A stretch of DNA of 64,000 nt, taken from positions 172 to 64,171 of the forward strand of contig JBBTRP010000006.1 of NCBI GenBank assembly GCA_038065125.1, read 5' to 3'. The DNA is from Patescibacteria group bacterium. GTDB lineage: Bacteria > Patescibacteriota > Patescibacteriia > JACQRZ01. Of this stretch, positions 19,846 to 29,184 are shown piece by piece. A program made the position numbers and the translations under genes. Below the pieces are notes generated by a model, which was given only the letters and a program-made list of their open reading frames with translations, made no database searches and was not told the DNA's origin. Within the stretch, counting starts at the first letter, position 1, and each line of letters begins with the position of its first letter.

Positions 19846-19953
19846 ATCGTATTTATCAAAGGCAATCCTACCGTACCCTCACTATTCTGTGAAGCGTCTT
19901 TTGTATGGAGATTCTTCATATTTCATTATTCTATCACGACCCGGTTGTGTTCA

Positions 19954-20006
19954 TTGACAATAGGTCGCTCAAGCTGTAGTTTCATAGCGTTCTGAATGTA
20001 TGGAGG
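19954..20006 (+). promoter_or_regulatory. Promoter and SD for the IMPase gene
   Basis: TTGACA(19954)-N17-TAGTTT; GGAGG at 20002-20006, 7 nt before ATG 20014. Confidence 0.55.
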
Positions 20007-20013
20007 AATTGAA

Positions 20014-20811
20014 ATGAGCGTCATTAATGGAGTGGGCACGCTCCTTGAAACAGTTGTGGGTCCGCGGGTGCTTGAAATCAGGAAAAGCGGAGAACTCGGC
20101 ACGGAGCACAAGGTGTCCTTTAGGGACATAAAAACCAAAGGCGATACCGAGTCTCAGCGACTCATCTTCGCTTTCCTTCGTGAGCATTTTCCCGAGCATA
20201 GCATTCGAGGCGAGGAAGATGAGCAGGCAACTGCGCATCAGGGCACGAGCGAGTACGAGTACATCATCGACCCTATCGACGGGACGACGAACTACGCGTG
20301 CGGCAGCCCGTTCTTCGGTATTTCGGTCGGCGTCGCCAAGGCCGGAGTTCCGTATGCAGGTGTCATCCACTACCCGGCCATGAGTGAGACTATTTGGGCC
20401 GAGTCAGGAAAGGGTGCATTCATCAATGGGCGACCGCTTGTCATGAGGCAGTACACAGGTGAGAAGTGTGAGCTCCTCATGGCGGGAGACCTTCTGCCCG
20501 GTTCCGAGCACTTGTTTGCGCCGCTGAAGGAGCTTGCGGCAAACGTCGTCATGTTTGCGTGCTTCACGGTTACCGCCCGGTTCGTTGCTGAGGGTGTATT
20601 TAAGCTCTACGTCCACACCGGCGCAACTCCATTCGACATATGCGCGGCAATTGCGATCGTGCGCGAGGCAGGCGGTGTCGCAGTGGGTATTGTGAGCGAC
20701 GAACTCGATCTCTCTCGCGGGCAGATTCCTATCATTCTTGCGTGCAACCGCGCGATTGTCGAGGAGCTTCGTTCACGGTTTGCAAACTCTGCGAGAACTG
20801 TGCGGGTGTAA
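20014..20811 (+). CDS. Inositol monophosphatase family phosphatase
   Basis: TKGD, GEED, IIDPIDGTTNY, PFDICAA; start set at ATG 20014 after the SD. Confidence 0.88.
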   Translation: MSVINGVGTLLETVVGPRVLEIRKSGELGTEHKVSFRDIKTKGDTESQRLIFAFLREHFPEHSIRGEEDEQATAHQGTSEYEYIIDPIDGTTNYACGSPFFGISVGVAKAGVPYAGVIHYPAMSETIWAESGKGAFINGRPLVMRQYTGEKCELLMAGDLLPGSEHLFAPLKELAANVVMFACFTVTARFVAEGVFKLYVHTGATPFDICAAIAIVREAGGVAVGIVSDELDLSRGQIPIILACNRAIVEELRSRFANSARTVRV

Positions 20812-20873
20812 CCCCACTCAATCCCAAAGCGGCTCATACGCACGCATCGGGACGAAGTGGGGATCTTCTTTTT
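20812..20873 (+). terminator. Putative intrinsic terminator
   Basis: CCCCACT..TCCC / GGGA..AGTGGGG stem followed by TCTTCTTTTT. Confidence 0.55.
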
Positions 20874-20891
20874 ATAAAAGAATAAGAGGAA

Positions 20892-20953
20892 TTGACAAAA
20901 TACGATAATAATAGCTATATAGTGCCAGTAGAGTGAGAATGATATGAAGGAGG
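20892..20953 (+). promoter_or_regulatory. Promoter and strong SD for the Nudix-like gene
   Basis: TTGACA at 20892, TATATA/TATAGT at 20916-20923, AAGGAGG at 20947-20953 before TTG 20961. Confidence 0.55.
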
Positions 20954-20960
20954 ATATCCC

Positions 20961-21764
20961 TTGAAGCGAGATGTGAAGGTTCTGGTCGGGTCAGGCTTTG
21001 CCTACAACCAGGCCGATCCCGGCCAGGTGTTTCTCGACGTGAAGACGGCGGATTACCCGTGGAAGATCTTTGCAGGCCGTATAATGTTCATCGGCGGCCA
21101 GTGGATCAACAAAGCATGGGAAACCGATGTAAACCCTCGCGAGACCTATGTAAGGGAGGTGCTTGAGGAGATATCGTTTTCACGGCCTAAAATCTCTACC
21201 GAGGAGATGGCCGTCCTCTGTCCACTAGTGACAACCGATAGCTATATCGCGCCCGCGATCAAAGGGGCGCCGACTGCCGAAGATGAGAGGCACTTGACGC
21301 ACGTGAAGGCCTCACTCGTTGATCCGGCGCACATGTGCTCGTTCGGGGACTATCACATTCGAACTCCTGCGTCACTCATCCAGACTCTTCAGCCGGAATA
21401 CAGCGGCACTGATTTGACGGCAGTCTTCTCAATCTTTGCTGTCGGTCTACCACCGGACGAGTGGGATATGCTGTGCGACTTGCAGGCGCGGTTCGAAAAC
21501 CTTTCAAATGAGTCACAATCGGTTGTGACCTCGCTCAAAAGGATTCTCGCCGGCGAGATCGCCTTCGCTTCTGGCTATGACCAGATCATGCAAGATTTCT
21601 GGATCTTCAAGGGCCTTCCCGGGGTCGAGGGGATGCCGACCCAGAAAGGAGTCGAAGTGGTGCGTATGGGCTTGGCACTCGGTTCGTACCGCGACTATCT
21701 CGCCAGGTACGATGTCGAGAAGCGGCCGCCTGTCACAGAATCACTTACCCCCAACCTACCATAG
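20961..21764 (+). CDS. Hypothetical protein with a Nudix-like motif
   Basis: FIGGQW...PRETYVREVLEEI resembles a Nudix box; strong SD upstream; TTG start. Confidence 0.6.
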   Translation: MKRDVKVLVGSGFAYNQADPGQVFLDVKTADYPWKIFAGRIMFIGGQWINKAWETDVNPRETYVREVLEEISFSRPKISTEEMAVLCPLVTTDSYIAPAIKGAPTAEDERHLTHVKASLVDPAHMCSFGDYHIRTPASLIQTLQPEYSGTDLTAVFSIFAVGLPPDEWDMLCDLQARFENLSNESQSVVTSLKRILAGEIAFASGYDQIMQDFWIFKGLPGVEGMPTQKGVEVVRMGLALGSYRDYLARYDVEKRPPVTESLTPNLP

Positions 21765-21784
21765 GCGGGGGTTTTATTTTCTTT
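21747..21784 (+). terminator. Putative intrinsic terminator spanning the stop codon
   Basis: ACCCCC-AA-CCTA-CCA-TAGG-C-GGGGGT followed by TTTATTTTCTTT. Confidence 0.65.
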
Positions 21785-21807
21785 CGAAGGGGTTATGATA
21801 CTCAAAT

Positions 21808-22863
21808 ATGAAAATTGCGGTTATCAGTAGCGACCCATCTGTGCGTGGGGGTATACAACGATACACGGCTGAGCTCATCGGCGCGCTTGAGAGCAAAAAA
21901 GACGCGCGGATTGCAACGTATTTTTTTACAAAAAAAAGCGAGTTGTCAAAGGCGGTTTTTGCAATCAAGACACTGATATCAATCTACTTCCAGCGGCCTG
22001 ATGTTATTCTGTGCGCCCATATACAGTATGTTCAGGTCTGCATACTTGCAAAGCGCTTGTTCGGTATCCCGTATGCGCTCTTTTGTTACGGTATTGAGGT
22101 TTGGGACAAATCACGAAACATAACACATCGCGTATTGTTTGAGCAGGCTACTCTACTAATCGCTATCTCGCCCTATACACGAGATCAAATCACTGAGGGG
22201 TTGCCCCAGGAAGAAAAAAAAATCCGGATCATTTCTCCCTGTGTAGATGACGAACGCTTCGTACTGCGCGAGTCTTCTCGAAAGGATTTGCCAAATGGTA
22301 TTGGACGGAAACACCCCCTCATTCTTTCGGTTTGCAGACTTTCCGCGTCTGAGCGGTATAAGGGATATGACGATGTTCTATCAGCGCTACCTCGGGTTTT
22401 GGAGCACTTTCCAACGGCTGTGTATGTTATTGTAGGAAGTGGAGACGATCTCAAGCGCGTGCGTGCGCGCATTGTAAACGAGGGTTTGTCTAACCATGTC
22501 ATATTGGCAGATGACATTGCGGATGATGATCTTCCTCATGTATACACCGCGTGCGATGTGTTTTGTATGCCGTCTCGTGAGGAGGGCTTTGGTATTGTTT
22601 TCCTGGAGGCGATATGCAGTGGAAAACCGGTGATTGCGGCACGCTCTGCAGGGGCGGTGCACGCACTCCTTGCCGGAGCTGCAGGTGAATTAATTGAACC
22701 TGGGGAAACAGAGGAGCTTGCAACTTGTCTGATAAAAACTCTTGATGGCGGGCATGGACGCGACCCTATGAGTGTTCGGAGACTGATTGTCGACGCATTT
22801 GGAAGGCGCGCCTTCCGGCTAGCGGTGCACACCCTCCTTGATGAGTTTAAGGGCATGCGGTAG
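21808..22863 (+). CDS. GT4 glycosyltransferase
   Basis: GGIQRY, YGIEVW, ERYKG, EGFGIVFLEA. Confidence 0.9.
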   Translation: MKIAVISSDPSVRGGIQRYTAELIGALESKKDARIATYFFTKKSELSKAVFAIKTLISIYFQRPDVILCAHIQYVQVCILAKRLFGIPYALFCYGIEVWDKSRNITHRVLFEQATLLIAISPYTRDQITEGLPQEEKKIRIISPCVDDERFVLRESSRKDLPNGIGRKHPLILSVCRLSASERYKGYDDVLSALPRVLEHFPTAVYVIVGSGDDLKRVRARIVNEGLSNHVILADDIADDDLPHVYTACDVFCMPSREEGFGIVFLEAICSGKPVIAARSAGAVHALLAGAAGELIEPGETEELATCLIKTLDGGHGRDPMSVRRLIVDAFGRRAFRLAVHTLLDEFKGMR

Positions 22864-22889
22864 GCTTTGAAAGTTCTTTACTTGCTATT

Positions 22890-23873
22890 ATGGTCATTAC
22901 CAGAACACCATTTCGCATCTCATTTTTCGGCGGAGGCAGCGACTATCCGACGTGGTTTAATCAGCACAGTGGAGCCGTGCTGTCCGCAACGATCAATAAG
23001 TACTGCTATATTAGCTGCCGCTATCTGCCGCCATTTTTTGAGCATACAAGCAGGGTCGTGTGGTCAAAAATCGAGTCAGTGAAAGGTGTCGACGAGATTC
23101 AGCACCCAGTTGTGCGTCATGCCCTGCAATGGCTCGGCATTTCCGAAGGTCTGGAGATCCACCACAATGCCGACCTTCCGGCACGTGCGGGCCTGGGATC
23201 AAGTTCGTCGTTTACGGTCGGTTTTCTCAATGCCCTCCAAGCACTGCAAGGCCGACTAAGCACTAAGTATCAGTTGGCACTCGACGCAATTCATGTCGAG
23301 CAGGAGCTCTTGAAAGAGAACGTCGGCTGTCAGGATCAAACGGCAGCAGCGTTCGGGGGGCTCAACAAGATCGAGTTCGGCGGAATGGAACAGGTGAAGG
23401 TCTCGCCCATGGTTTGTTCGCGCGAGCGCTTGAAAGAGCTGGAGAGTCATTTGCTTCTGTACTTTACGGGTATGTCGCGAACGGCATCTGAGATTGCTGC
23501 GGAGCAAATCGCAAATATTCCCGACAAAGAACGCGAGATACGCGAGATGGTCAGGTTCGTCGACGAGGCGGTCACCATTCTTCACTCGCTCCAGTGGGCG
23601 GATCAGTTTGGCAAGCTTTTGCATGAGACCTGGCTTTTAAAAAAAACGCTTTCGAGCAAGATTGCAAACCCTCTTATCAATTCGTTATACGAAGAGGCGA
23701 GAAGTGCAGGCGCTCTTGGCGGCAAGTTGTTGGGCGCGGGTGGCGGAGGTTTTATGCTCTTTTTTGCGAAGCCGGAAAATCATCCAGCTATCAAGCAGCG
23801 CCTCGCAAATTTTTTACATGTACCGTTTGAGTTTGAGACGTCAGGGAGTCAGATCATTTACCATGCAAATTAA
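22890..23873 (+). CDS. hddA: D-glycero-alpha-D-manno-heptose 7-phosphate kinase (GHMP family)
   Basis: MVITRTPFRISFFGGGSD, PARAGLGSSS, GCQDQ, GGKLLGAGGGG. Confidence 0.85.
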   Translation: MVITRTPFRISFFGGGSDYPTWFNQHSGAVLSATINKYCYISCRYLPPFFEHTSRVVWSKIESVKGVDEIQHPVVRHALQWLGISEGLEIHHNADLPARAGLGSSSSFTVGFLNALQALQGRLSTKYQLALDAIHVEQELLKENVGCQDQTAAAFGGLNKIEFGGMEQVKVSPMVCSRERLKELESHLLLYFTGMSRTASEIAAEQIANIPDKEREIREMVRFVDEAVTILHSLQWADQFGKLLHETWLLKKTLSSKIANPLINSLYEEARSAGALGGKLLGAGGGGFMLFFAKPENHPAIKQRLANFLHVPFEFETSGSQIIYHAN

Positions 23874-24976
23874 TGAGAATTGGAATAATCGGCGCCGGTA
23901 TTATTGGTCTTTCGTGCGCACGAGAGTGCCGGAAGATTTTTCCGAACGCAGAGATTATCGTCTTTGAAAAAAATGCCGCGGCATTTTCTGAAAACAGCAT
24001 CCACAACAGCGGAGTCGTACATTCGGGCATTCATCAAAAATTAGGGTCGCTCCGCAGTTCATTCGCGCACACCGGAAGCAAGCTACTGACCGATTACTGC
24101 CAGCAAAATGAAATCCTATGCAAACCGACTGCGATGCTCATCGCTATTGCCCCCGCCGATATGCCCTCGCTTATCCGAGAGGCATCAATACTGTTTCGAC
24201 TCTGGGAAAACTCCCGTCGACAGAGGATTCGGCCGCCGAAGGTCGTGTTTAAAAAAGATATATACGCGCTTGAGCCAAACATTTCAGCGATCTGCGGACT
24301 ACTGCTCTCAGGCATTTGGGTGATCGATCAGAAGTCATTGGGCACGCAACTAGTCCGTGAGATGGAAGGTATCGGTGTAGACATTCGTTTACGGACGGAA
24401 ATAAAAAGCATTTCATTTAATGGCGAGTATGCGGTGTTCGGTACCGATACTGCCGAGGAGAGTGTTACCCACGTAATTAATTCAGCAGGACTGCACGCCG
24501 ACATCATCGCGCGCATGGCAGGATTCGACGCGCCAGAGATCTCTCCAGTACGTGGCGAATACTATGAAGTCTTCAGTGATAAAAAAAATCTCATTCATTC
24601 ACACCTCATCTATCCTGCGCTCCCCCCAGGCCATCCGGTGAAAGGTATACACTTCACAAAAACTGCTGACGGACGACTTCTCATCGGGCCAAATGCCACC
24701 GCCTGGGATCGGCGTGAGGACGATGCTTCGGACCAGAGCCCTAAGAAGGAGTTTGTCGACGCGGTCAAAAAATTTTTGCCTTCCCTCACACCAGAGGACA
24801 TACAGTGGGCCTACTCCGGCATTCGCCCCAAGATCGGTGGGAGCGCTGAAGAGCATGACTTTATTGTGCGGAGAGAGCAATCCAGAATTCCATTTGTCAA
24901 TCTCATCGGCATCGAATCCCCGGGCTTTACCGCAAGTTTTGCCCTCGCAGAATACGCTGCAGGACTCCTACTGTGA
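23873..24976 (+). CDS. FAD-dependent oxidoreductase (L-2-hydroxyglutarate oxidase-like)
   Basis: GAGIIG, SIHNSGVVHSG, RGEYY, GIHFT, GIRPK, GIESPG. Confidence 0.8.
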   Translation: MRIGIIGAGIIGLSCARECRKIFPNAEIIVFEKNAAAFSENSIHNSGVVHSGIHQKLGSLRSSFAHTGSKLLTDYCQQNEILCKPTAMLIAIAPADMPSLIREASILFRLWENSRRQRIRPPKVVFKKDIYALEPNISAICGLLLSGIWVIDQKSLGTQLVREMEGIGVDIRLRTEIKSISFNGEYAVFGTDTAEESVTHVINSAGLHADIIARMAGFDAPEISPVRGEYYEVFSDKKNLIHSHLIYPALPPGHPVKGIHFTKTADGRLLIGPNATAWDRREDDASDQSPKKEFVDAVKKFLPSLTPEDIQWAYSGIRPKIGGSAEEHDFIVRREQSRIPFVNLIGIESPGFTASFALAEYAAGLLL

Positions 24977-24981
24977 CCGAC

Positions 24982-26436
24982 TTATTTTTTGCAGCGGTAT
25001 ACCGCATAACCGTATCCGGGAATCGTGTTTGCAATAGGGAGTCTCCAAAGAGCAACCTTGCCCCGAGCATAGTTTTCCTCCACAAGCGTACAGCTGCCAT
25101 TCGCCACTTGCGGAGCCTTGGTTTCACCGGTTGAAAATTGCTGTCGTATGAGCAGGCGGTTCGCATTCGAAAGATCTTCGCGAGGCTCTTCAATCAGGGA
25201 GTAGTTCTCCGTAAGTGGCCACATTCGTTGAGTGACCAGGAATAGATCGGATACATGAGATGACTTCGTAAGGCGCAGAAACGACTCGCGCGCTTCATCC
25301 AGGGAGATACCCTCCGTTGCATAGAGGGGGAATAGATAGAGTAGTCGAATAAATCCAATGCATGTTAGCGTAAGGGTTGTCCATGATAGAACGCGTAATG
25401 CTTTATATCGACTTTTGATAGCCGCAGTCGCTACCGCTATGAACATGAGAGGAGCAAAAATGTATATATACGAAAGATGGCGCGGCGCGACTGCACCGAA
25501 AGCAATAACCAGAAAAGCAATAAAGAAAGAAGTGAAGAAAAGAGGGGACTTGATTGAAGAACGATGAATGAAGGAATAGAGTCCAAGGAGAACCACGCTT
25601 AGGATGGCGAGTAGGCCATAGAAGGTCGTATTTGGCGCGAAAAAGTGGTAGTATAAAAAACTCCATGACAGGCCCTTTTTATAGATCAATGTGAAGTGGT
25701 CGGCAATTCCATTGAGTGTGGTTGGGAGTCCATAGGGAGTGAGTGAGACAATCAATGCAAACGAGATTGCAGCGGTAAGCCCTATTACCCCCAAGTTTAG
25801 CAGACCTCGTTTCCAAGGGACGGAGTAGAAAATATACAGGGCAATGAGGCCCGCAACGAGCGCAGCAGCGGTAATATGCATTGACCCAATACTGCCAAGG
25901 AAAATGCCAAGTACGATGGCGAACGGCAGCGAATCGGCACGAGCGCGCATGAAGTACATCAATACCGCGATCAATAGTACGATCGGTCGTAGAGGTGTTT
26001 CTGGTCGGAAATCATTAGCAAGGAGAGTGGTGGAAAGGCCGCAGAGCGCAAGGGCCGTCGCCACGCTTAGTCGCCATTTAGAAATTTGCTCGCTCGAATT
26101 AACAATGCGCACGAGTAAGAGTGAGGTGAGAATGAGTGTGACAATATCGATTCCGGCAAGAGCGAGGTCGAGACCCCGAGGTGTTGCAGTAGGAGAGATA
26201 GCGGCGAGCAACAATGGGTAGAGCGGGGGGTAAAAAATTAGGCGGTGCTGTCCGGGATCAATCGCATGTCCAATTGCGTTTATTTCATTAATAAGAGGCT
26301 TGCCATGCATAGTGTTGATGGCAGTTGGGCCGAAGTAAATCGAATCTCCCTCGAAGACCGGGTAGGACCAGTATCCAAAAATGAGATATATCGCCGCGAG
26401 AAGTAAAATTGTCCCAATTAAAAATACCCGGTGCAT
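24982..26436 (-). CDS. Polytopic membrane protein, probable GT-C glycosyltransferase
   Basis: About 11 hydrophobic segments; acidic EGD after TM1; YPPLYP; RPE; soluble C-terminal domain. Confidence 0.55.
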   Translation of the reverse strand: MHRVFLIGTILLLAAIYLIFGYWSYPVFEGDSIYFGPTAINTMHGKPLINEINAIGHAIDPGQHRLIFYPPLYPLLLAAISPTATPRGLDLALAGIDIVTLILTSLLLVRIVNSSEQISKWRLSVATALALCGLSTTLLANDFRPETPLRPIVLLIAVLMYFMRARADSLPFAIVLGIFLGSIGSMHITAAALVAGLIALYIFYSVPWKRGLLNLGVIGLTAAISFALIVSLTPYGLPTTLNGIADHFTLIYKKGLSWSFLYYHFFAPNTTFYGLLAILSVVLLGLYSFIHRSSIKSPLFFTSFFIAFLVIAFGAVAPRHLSYIYIFAPLMFIAVATAAIKSRYKALRVLSWTTLTLTCIGFIRLLYLFPLYATEGISLDEARESFLRLTKSSHVSDLFLVTQRMWPLTENYSLIEEPREDLSNANRLLIRQQFSTGETKAPQVANGSCTLVEENYARGKVALWRLPIANTIPGYGYAVYRCKK

Positions 26437-26477
26437 AGGTGGAGCGGTTTCAGCACTTGTATGCTAGTATGGCAACT

Positions 26478-27143
26478 ATGGTCTGTCAAAAGAGTTCGTC
26501 CCCCGTCATTTTTTTTGACGTAGACGGGACGTTGATTCTCCGTACATCATGCGAATATTTACTACTGCGACACCTATTGATACGCGGAAATTTTCCTCTC
26601 ACCAATCTGGTTCATGCTTTGGTGTGGAATCTTGGGAAAGCAAGGACTTTTTTTTACTCCCTCCATTTCAATAAATTGTGGTATAGGGGATACTCAGTCG
26701 ACGGACTCAACAAGCATATCGATGCAGTATTTCCATCAATTTGCAGACACATATCGCAAGGGGCCATCAATGAAATGCGGCGAGCTCATGACGGCGGATC
26801 TCGCATCGTCCTTCTTTCTGCGGCTCCCGATATTCTCGTGCGCCGGATAGGGGAGTATATTGGCTATCATGAGGTGGTTGCAACATCCTTCGAGATTCAT
26901 AATACTATCTACACAGGCAGAGTAACTGGCATTGTACCTTATGCCGCCGGGAAGATTGCCGCAGCTAGCGCATATGCCGCGTCACTAGGTGTTCGTTTAA
27001 GCGATTGCACCGCATATGCAAATGCAGGCTCAGACATTCCGCTCCTGGAGAGCGTCGGGACGGCGTATGCAGTGAATCCGTCAGTGGGACTGCAAAAACA
27101 CGCAATGAGTAAGGGATGGAGTATTTTAAGATTCAACACATAA
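26478..27143 (+). CDS. HAD-IB (SerB-like) phosphatase
   Basis: FFDVDGTL, LSAAP, GK, YANAGSDIPLL, AVNP; start moved to ATG 26478 after TGcTAGTAT. Confidence 0.8.
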   Translation: MVCQKSSSPVIFFDVDGTLILRTSCEYLLLRHLLIRGNFPLTNLVHALVWNLGKARTFFYSLHFNKLWYRGYSVDGLNKHIDAVFPSICRHISQGAINEMRRAHDGGSRIVLLSAAPDILVRRIGEYIGYHEVVATSFEIHNTIYTGRVTGIVPYAAGKIAAASAYAASLGVRLSDCTAYANAGSDIPLLESVGTAYAVNPSVGLQKHAMSKGWSILRFNT

Positions 27144-27152
27144 CAATTTAAT

Positions 27153-28163
27153 ATGAAGACGCTTGTAACAGGTGTTCCGGGTTGGCTTGGATCGCGACTC
27201 ACGTCGGTTCTGACAAACCCTAACGACCCCCTGAATCATTTTTCCGGTTATTCAGATCGGGAAGTTCGCTGTTTCGTGCTTCCCGGAATGAATGCAACGG
27301 GGATTAACCATGCAGAGATTATCGCTGGAGATGTGCGAGATGCGGACTCTCTTCATAGGGCCCTTGATGGGGTTGAAACAGTTTTCCACTTAGTCGGCAT
27401 TATCCACCCAAAAAAAATATCAGACCTTTATGCTGTCAACAGGGAAGGTTTTCGAAATTTGTTGAACGCCGCTGAGGCCGCGGGGGTGCGCCGAGTCGTG
27501 TTCGTGAGCAGTAACTCACCCGCGGGAACAAACAAAAACAGGAACATTCTCATGAAGGAGAGCGATACCCCTCAGCCCTACAAGCATTACGGCATAAGTA
27601 AATTGGAAGCCGAGCAAATCGGACTGGATTTTGTGAAGAGAGGGAGAATTGAGGTCGTTATTGTGAGGCCCTGCTGGTTTTATGGTCCCGGCCAGCCGGA
27701 CCGCCAGACCAGATTCTTTCGAATGATTAAAAGCGGAAAGCCGCTCATGTTCGGTGATGGAAAAAATCTTCGCAGCATGTCGTATGTTGACAATACCATC
27801 CAGGGCCTCCTTCTGGCCGAGAAAACTCCTGACATCTCAGGGAGGACGTATTGGATAGCTGATGAAAAGCCATACTCTACAGAAGAGATCTATTGGACAA
27901 TTGCCGAACTCCTTGACGTGCGCCATCTCACACCGCGTCATCTTCCAGAACTCGTTTCGAAGTGTTGTGAACTTGCTGACGACCTACTCCAGGCTGCGGG
28001 CATATATTCCCAAGAGATTCACGTCGCAGGAGAAATGGTAAAGGATATTGCGTGCAGTATTGAAAAAGCGAAATTAGAGCTTGGGTACGCACCAGAGATT
28101 TCACTTCGAGAGGGAATGAAGAGATCGATCGAATGGTGTCGGCAGCGCGGTGATGAGATCTAA
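27153..28163 (+). CDS. NAD-dependent epimerase/dehydratase (extended SDR)
   Basis: TGVPGWLG, VSSNS, HYGISK, WFYGPG. Confidence 0.85.
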   Translation: MKTLVTGVPGWLGSRLTSVLTNPNDPLNHFSGYSDREVRCFVLPGMNATGINHAEIIAGDVRDADSLHRALDGVETVFHLVGIIHPKKISDLYAVNREGFRNLLNAAEAAGVRRVVFVSSNSPAGTNKNRNILMKESDTPQPYKHYGISKLEAEQIGLDFVKRGRIEVVIVRPCWFYGPGQPDRQTRFFRMIKSGKPLMFGDGKNLRSMSYVDNTIQGLLLAEKTPDISGRTYWIADEKPYSTEEIYWTIAELLDVRHLTPRHLPELVSKCCELADDLLQAAGIYSQEIHVAGEMVKDIACSIEKAKLELGYAPEISLREGMKRSIEWCRQRGDEI

Positions 28164-28164
28164 T

Positions 28165-29184
28165 ATGGTATTAGTGACAGGTGGCAGCGGATTTATTGGA
28201 AGCGAGCTTGCTCGACAGCTCTCAGTGTCCGGAGAGCGCGTTCGGGTTCTCGATGTTGTTGGTTTCCCTCAGCCGAATCCAGACATTGAATTTTGTCATG
28301 GCGATATACGGAACAGAGATGATGTTGAAAAGAGTCTAGAAGGGGTAAAAGACGTCTACCACTGTGTCGCACTCGTCCCGCTTGCAAAGGCCGGGCGAAA
28401 GTTTTGGGAGGTGAATGTTGGGGGGACTCAGGTGCTTCTCGATCAATGCGAAAAAAAAAATGTGAGGCATATTGTCCACATCTCCTCCAGCGCTGTATAT
28501 GGCACGCCCGAGTGCCCCATTACTGAAAAGACGCCGTTTCATCCTCTTGAAATTTACGGGAGAGCGAAGTATGCCGGAGAACGATTGGTATTTGACTATC
28601 AGGCGAGGGGCGGATCTGCAACCATTATCCGTCCACGAACCGTTCTGGGCGATTTCCGGCTGGGCATTTTCGATATCCTGTTTGAGTGGATTTTTGAAAA
28701 TAGGAACATCTATCTGATTGGCAATGGGCAGAATCCATTCCAGTTTGTACATGTCGCCGATGTCGTCTCGGCCTGTATGCAGGCGTGTTCATTGAGGCGC
28801 ACCGGCGCATACAATATCGGAACCGACCGATACGTAACACTCAAGGCCGACCTGGAGTCGTTCATCTTGCAAGTTGAGTCACGCTCTTCTATTAGGTGTA
28901 TTTCTGAATATCTCGCGATTCCTATGCTGGAGCTTCTCGACTTGCTCAAGTTCTCACCGCTTGCGCCGTGGCACTACAAAACCTATCACAAGCCATTTTA
29001 TTTTGACATTTCAAAATCCGTCAAGGAACTTGAGTGGAGGCCGCTCTACTCGAATGTCGATATGCTTGTTAGTTCATACCGCTGGTTTATTGCGAACAGG
29101 GGGGTGAGCTCGAAAACGCCCGGCTCCACCCACCACACCTCGCCAAAGCAGAAGCTATTAAAAGTCCTTAAATGGTTCTCATAA
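28165..29184 (+). CDS. NAD-dependent epimerase/dehydratase (3-beta-HSD-like extended SDR)
   Basis: TGGSGFIG, SSSAVYG, IYGRAK; start at ATG 28165 just after the previous stop. Confidence 0.85.
   Translation: MVLVTGGSGFIGSELARQLSVSGERVRVLDVVGFPQPNPDIEFCHGDIRNRDDVEKSLEGVKDVYHCVALVPLAKAGRKFWEVNVGGTQVLLDQCEKKNVRHIVHISSSAVYGTPECPITEKTPFHPLEIYGRAKYAGERLVFDYQARGGSATIIRPRTVLGDFRLGIFDILFEWIFENRNIYLIGNGQNPFQFVHVADVVSACMQACSLRRTGAYNIGTDRYVTLKADLESFILQVESRSSIRCISEYLAIPMLELLDLLKFSPLAPWHYKTYHKPFYFDISKSVKELEWRPLYSNVDMLVSSYRWFIANRGVSSKTPGSTHHTSPKQKLLKVLKWFS

Noticed and set aside
28451-28460. A10 homopolymer (also several A/T 8-9 runs) as possible phase-variation tracts
   Set aside because: Frames are intact and A/T runs are common throughout the window; no read-level evidence is available.
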